From Saccostrea cucullata (lineage: Eukaryota), in contig NW_026928348.1 in the NCBI RefSeq assembly GCF_032062105.1, positions 124,001 to 188,000 on the forward strand: 64,000 nt of DNA. The letters are read 5' to 3'. The position numbers and the translations under genes were made by a program. Below, one piece after another: positions 61,419-64,000 of this stretch. Each line of letters starts with the position of its first letter. Positions within the stretch are counted from its first letter, which is position 1. The notes beneath the pieces were generated by a model that was given only the letters and a program-made list of their open reading frames with translations, was not told the origin of the DNA and ran no database searches.

Positions 61419-61926
61419 GCAGAACTGTACTTCTCCAAAAAAAATATTGACAGACCGGAGAGCTACAGATGTCAACTACCAGAGTACTTGGTAGTGGAGT
61501 AAGGAATTAACATATTTTAAATCTAGCTTTTTTGGCAACTGAGGTACAAAATTTGGAAGAATTAATCCAGAATCTAGCACACAAATAGATGTACAGTTTT
61601 TTTCAATGGGTAGCACTATTTCCCTCGGCTGTCACCTGGTCACTGACTGAGTCATTTTATGTTTCTTTTATTCAACCCATTAAGGTAAACAAAAATGGTG
61701 CAGTACATTTACAGTTCTATATAATATTATCAGAGACATAAATAATTGTTTTATTTCCTATCTAGCTTGTAACATGACATGACGTCACAAGGCATTGTAG
61801 TATCAGGGACCTATATACCAACGGTTTATAGGTCCCTGGTAGTATGGAGTAAATCTTATTGAAAGATTGAGACACGGTTGATTGGTGTGTTTAAAAAGAA
61901 TTTTTTGGGAACATAGAAATAAATTC

Positions 61927-62112
61927 GTTATCCAGGTCTATCAACACCTGTTCACGGGTGTACGGGGATTTACCCTGGGTTGAATTCCATATACCCTTCG
62001 GCCTCAGAGTGTATGGAATAAAACCTGGGATAAATCCCCGGTTTCGGTCTCAAGATGTATGAAATAAAACCCGGGGTAATTCCCCTTACACCTTTGACTG
62101 AACCTGGATAAC
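61927..62112. repeat. Palindromic interspersed element with nested hairpins
   Basis: gttatccagg...cctggataac ends; internal ggggatttaccctggg...cctgggataaatcccc inverted repeat. Confidence 0.5.
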
Positions 62113-62750
62113 TAATAATGTTCATCCCCTCGACATTCTATCCAATTACAGTCAAATGAAATCAAATTAGTAGAAAAAAGTAACACAAAAGAACTAAATA
62201 GCTAAATGTACCTATGTGGGGCGCATGTTGAAATTCTCATGGAAAAATTAATGATCCTGACTGACACATGGCTACATTTCTTTTCGAAATAATTCAAAAA
62301 CTAATGACCGGATCCTTTTGTCGCTTGCTAAAGGAAAGAATTTTCAGGGTTTACCTTTATTTCCGGATTAATAAGAGTTATCTCTCTTTCCATATATCGC
62401 TCCTGTTTCGGGAAAATATTATACACCAACTTTCCAATTTGAATTTCACTCTATGAAAATAAGTAAATATTTCTTTCATCACACGCAGAATAGAAATTAG
62501 TCGATGAAAGAACTGTTTCTGAAGAATTTTTTTTTTATTTTTGGATCAATTAAAGTGCACTTAAACAGTTAAATGTTTCGCTACATGTAAAAGTAAACTC
62601 AAATAACATTGTTGCAATTTGACAAAGCTTGTTTGAAGAATCTGACTGGACTTTTACAGGATTAAACTTTTTAATAAGCATGATAAGTTTCTACTTTATC
62701 AGGCTGCAATACATGTAATATAGCCCTCTCAGATTTTTATCTGGATAGGC

Positions 62751-62753
<3 letters not shown>

Positions 62754-62834
<81 letters not shown>
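62754..62834 (+). repeat. (AG)n microsatellite
   Basis: About 40 AG units. Confidence 0.95.
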
Positions 62835-62836
<2 letters not shown>

Positions 62837-63566
62837 ACATTATTCACGTTATTGCAGCTTTACTTTATCTTGATGTTTTCAATGGAACATAAAGTGTTGG
62901 TCAATATATGTTGGTACATGTATATCTACAAGATTATTTCAGACCAGTACTTTAACAATTTTTAACTCTTAGTTAAAAGGGCAAGCAACTTCCCCAGAAG
63001 AGTCGGCGTAAAACAACAATAATCAATCGTTTCTGGCCCTTTTTGACCATCTCACTGTAAATAGTGGTCTCGTGGAAGGAACAGCTGCCCTGGCCATTTT
63101 TTTAAATGCAGACATAAAATGAAGAGGGCGGCCAGAGAGAAAAGAAATAACCTACCTGAAAAATCTTTGATAAGCTTAATTTTTTTCATTTGTAATTGTC
63201 AAGGGGACTGTCGAATCATGATATCTTTTTTTTTCATGTTCTTGCAGGAAAGAATTATACTAATTTCTGGCGCATAAATAATTTCATATTGAATCGGGGT
63301 GTAAGCAGGGGTTCCCAATATATATTGAAGACATTATTAATCTGAATAAAGAGGTCACAGTTGCCTTCTCTCTCTCCCCCATCCAGCATCACCAACGAAA
63401 ACGAAATAATATTGTCGAGATTGGACAATGGACAATTTTACTTTTCTTTAATATCTTCAAATGTATTCAAAGATTGTTCGATTAAGTTAATTTTTTGTCT
63501 GGCCACTCCTTTTACTTTCAGAAACGCTGCTACATATCTGTATTTTCAAGATGACCTGGGATAAGA

Positions 63567-64000
63567 AACAAGAGGCCCATAGGCCACATCGCTCACCTGA
63601 GCACATGGGCTGGTTAAAAAAAATAGTTCAGTATTGAAAAGTTTACTTGTTGGTGGAGGGGGGATTTGAATTTTTTATTACTTGAGAATGTCACTATGTC
63701 AATAAACTTAACGCATACATGTACATGTAAAATTTTGCCATACTTGAAAAGAAGATTTTTAAAGATTTTTTTCAACACACATACATGTATTACCTGATCT
63801 CCCATTGTGACCCCTTGCTAACCCCCCCCCCTCCTTCCCATCCCCCTGGGTCATTATTTGAATAAATTTAAATCTTTACTACTTGCAGATGCTTACATAT
63901 CAATTTGACTAAATAAACTTTTCTGTGCTGGAAAAGATTTTTTCCTACATATTCTTAAACAAAACTTTGATCCCTCATTGTGGTTACACCCTAACCCCGG
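63567..64000 (+). repeat. Start of a Helentron/HINE-like satellite-bearing repeat
   Basis: aacaagaggcccataggccacatcgctcacctgag head followed by units with ccctaaccccgg; family from recall. Confidence 0.6.

Noticed and set aside
60630-61500. Upstream PIG-Y coding exon interrupted by the hAT MITE
   Set aside because: A gtaagt donor exists at 60629, but the reconstructed frame shows no PIG-Y-like hydrophobic helix; left unresolved.

Overview
AT-rich, intron-containing eukaryotic DNA. The repeat families and gene content point to a bivalve mollusc, probably an oyster (inference). The window looks like an innate-immune gene cluster. (1) Four cGAS/Mab21-like receptor (cGLR) loci: two intact genes, one disrupted pseudogene and one remnant. 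(2) Four paralogues of a small multi-pass membrane protein with XK-like motifs, interleaved with the cGLRs; cGLR and membrane gene lie head-to-head twice, and an ISRE-like site is conserved upstream of two membrane genes. (3) An 18-exon DUF4062-NACHT gene (about 846 aa) whose last exon has the Cys/His pattern of the PHF5/Rds3 triple zinc knot; one membrane paralogue is nested antisense in its intron. (4) A PIG-Y-like micro-ORF that appears to splice into an exon carrying an intact, virus-like AEP primase/PriCT-2 ORF, suggesting a bicistronic mRNA. The rest is rich in mobile DNA: MITEs with clear TIRs and TSDs, SINEs, Penelope-like and Gypsy remnants, and Helentron-associated repeats. All exon coordinates were read by hand and all family assignments come from recalled motifs, not database searches.
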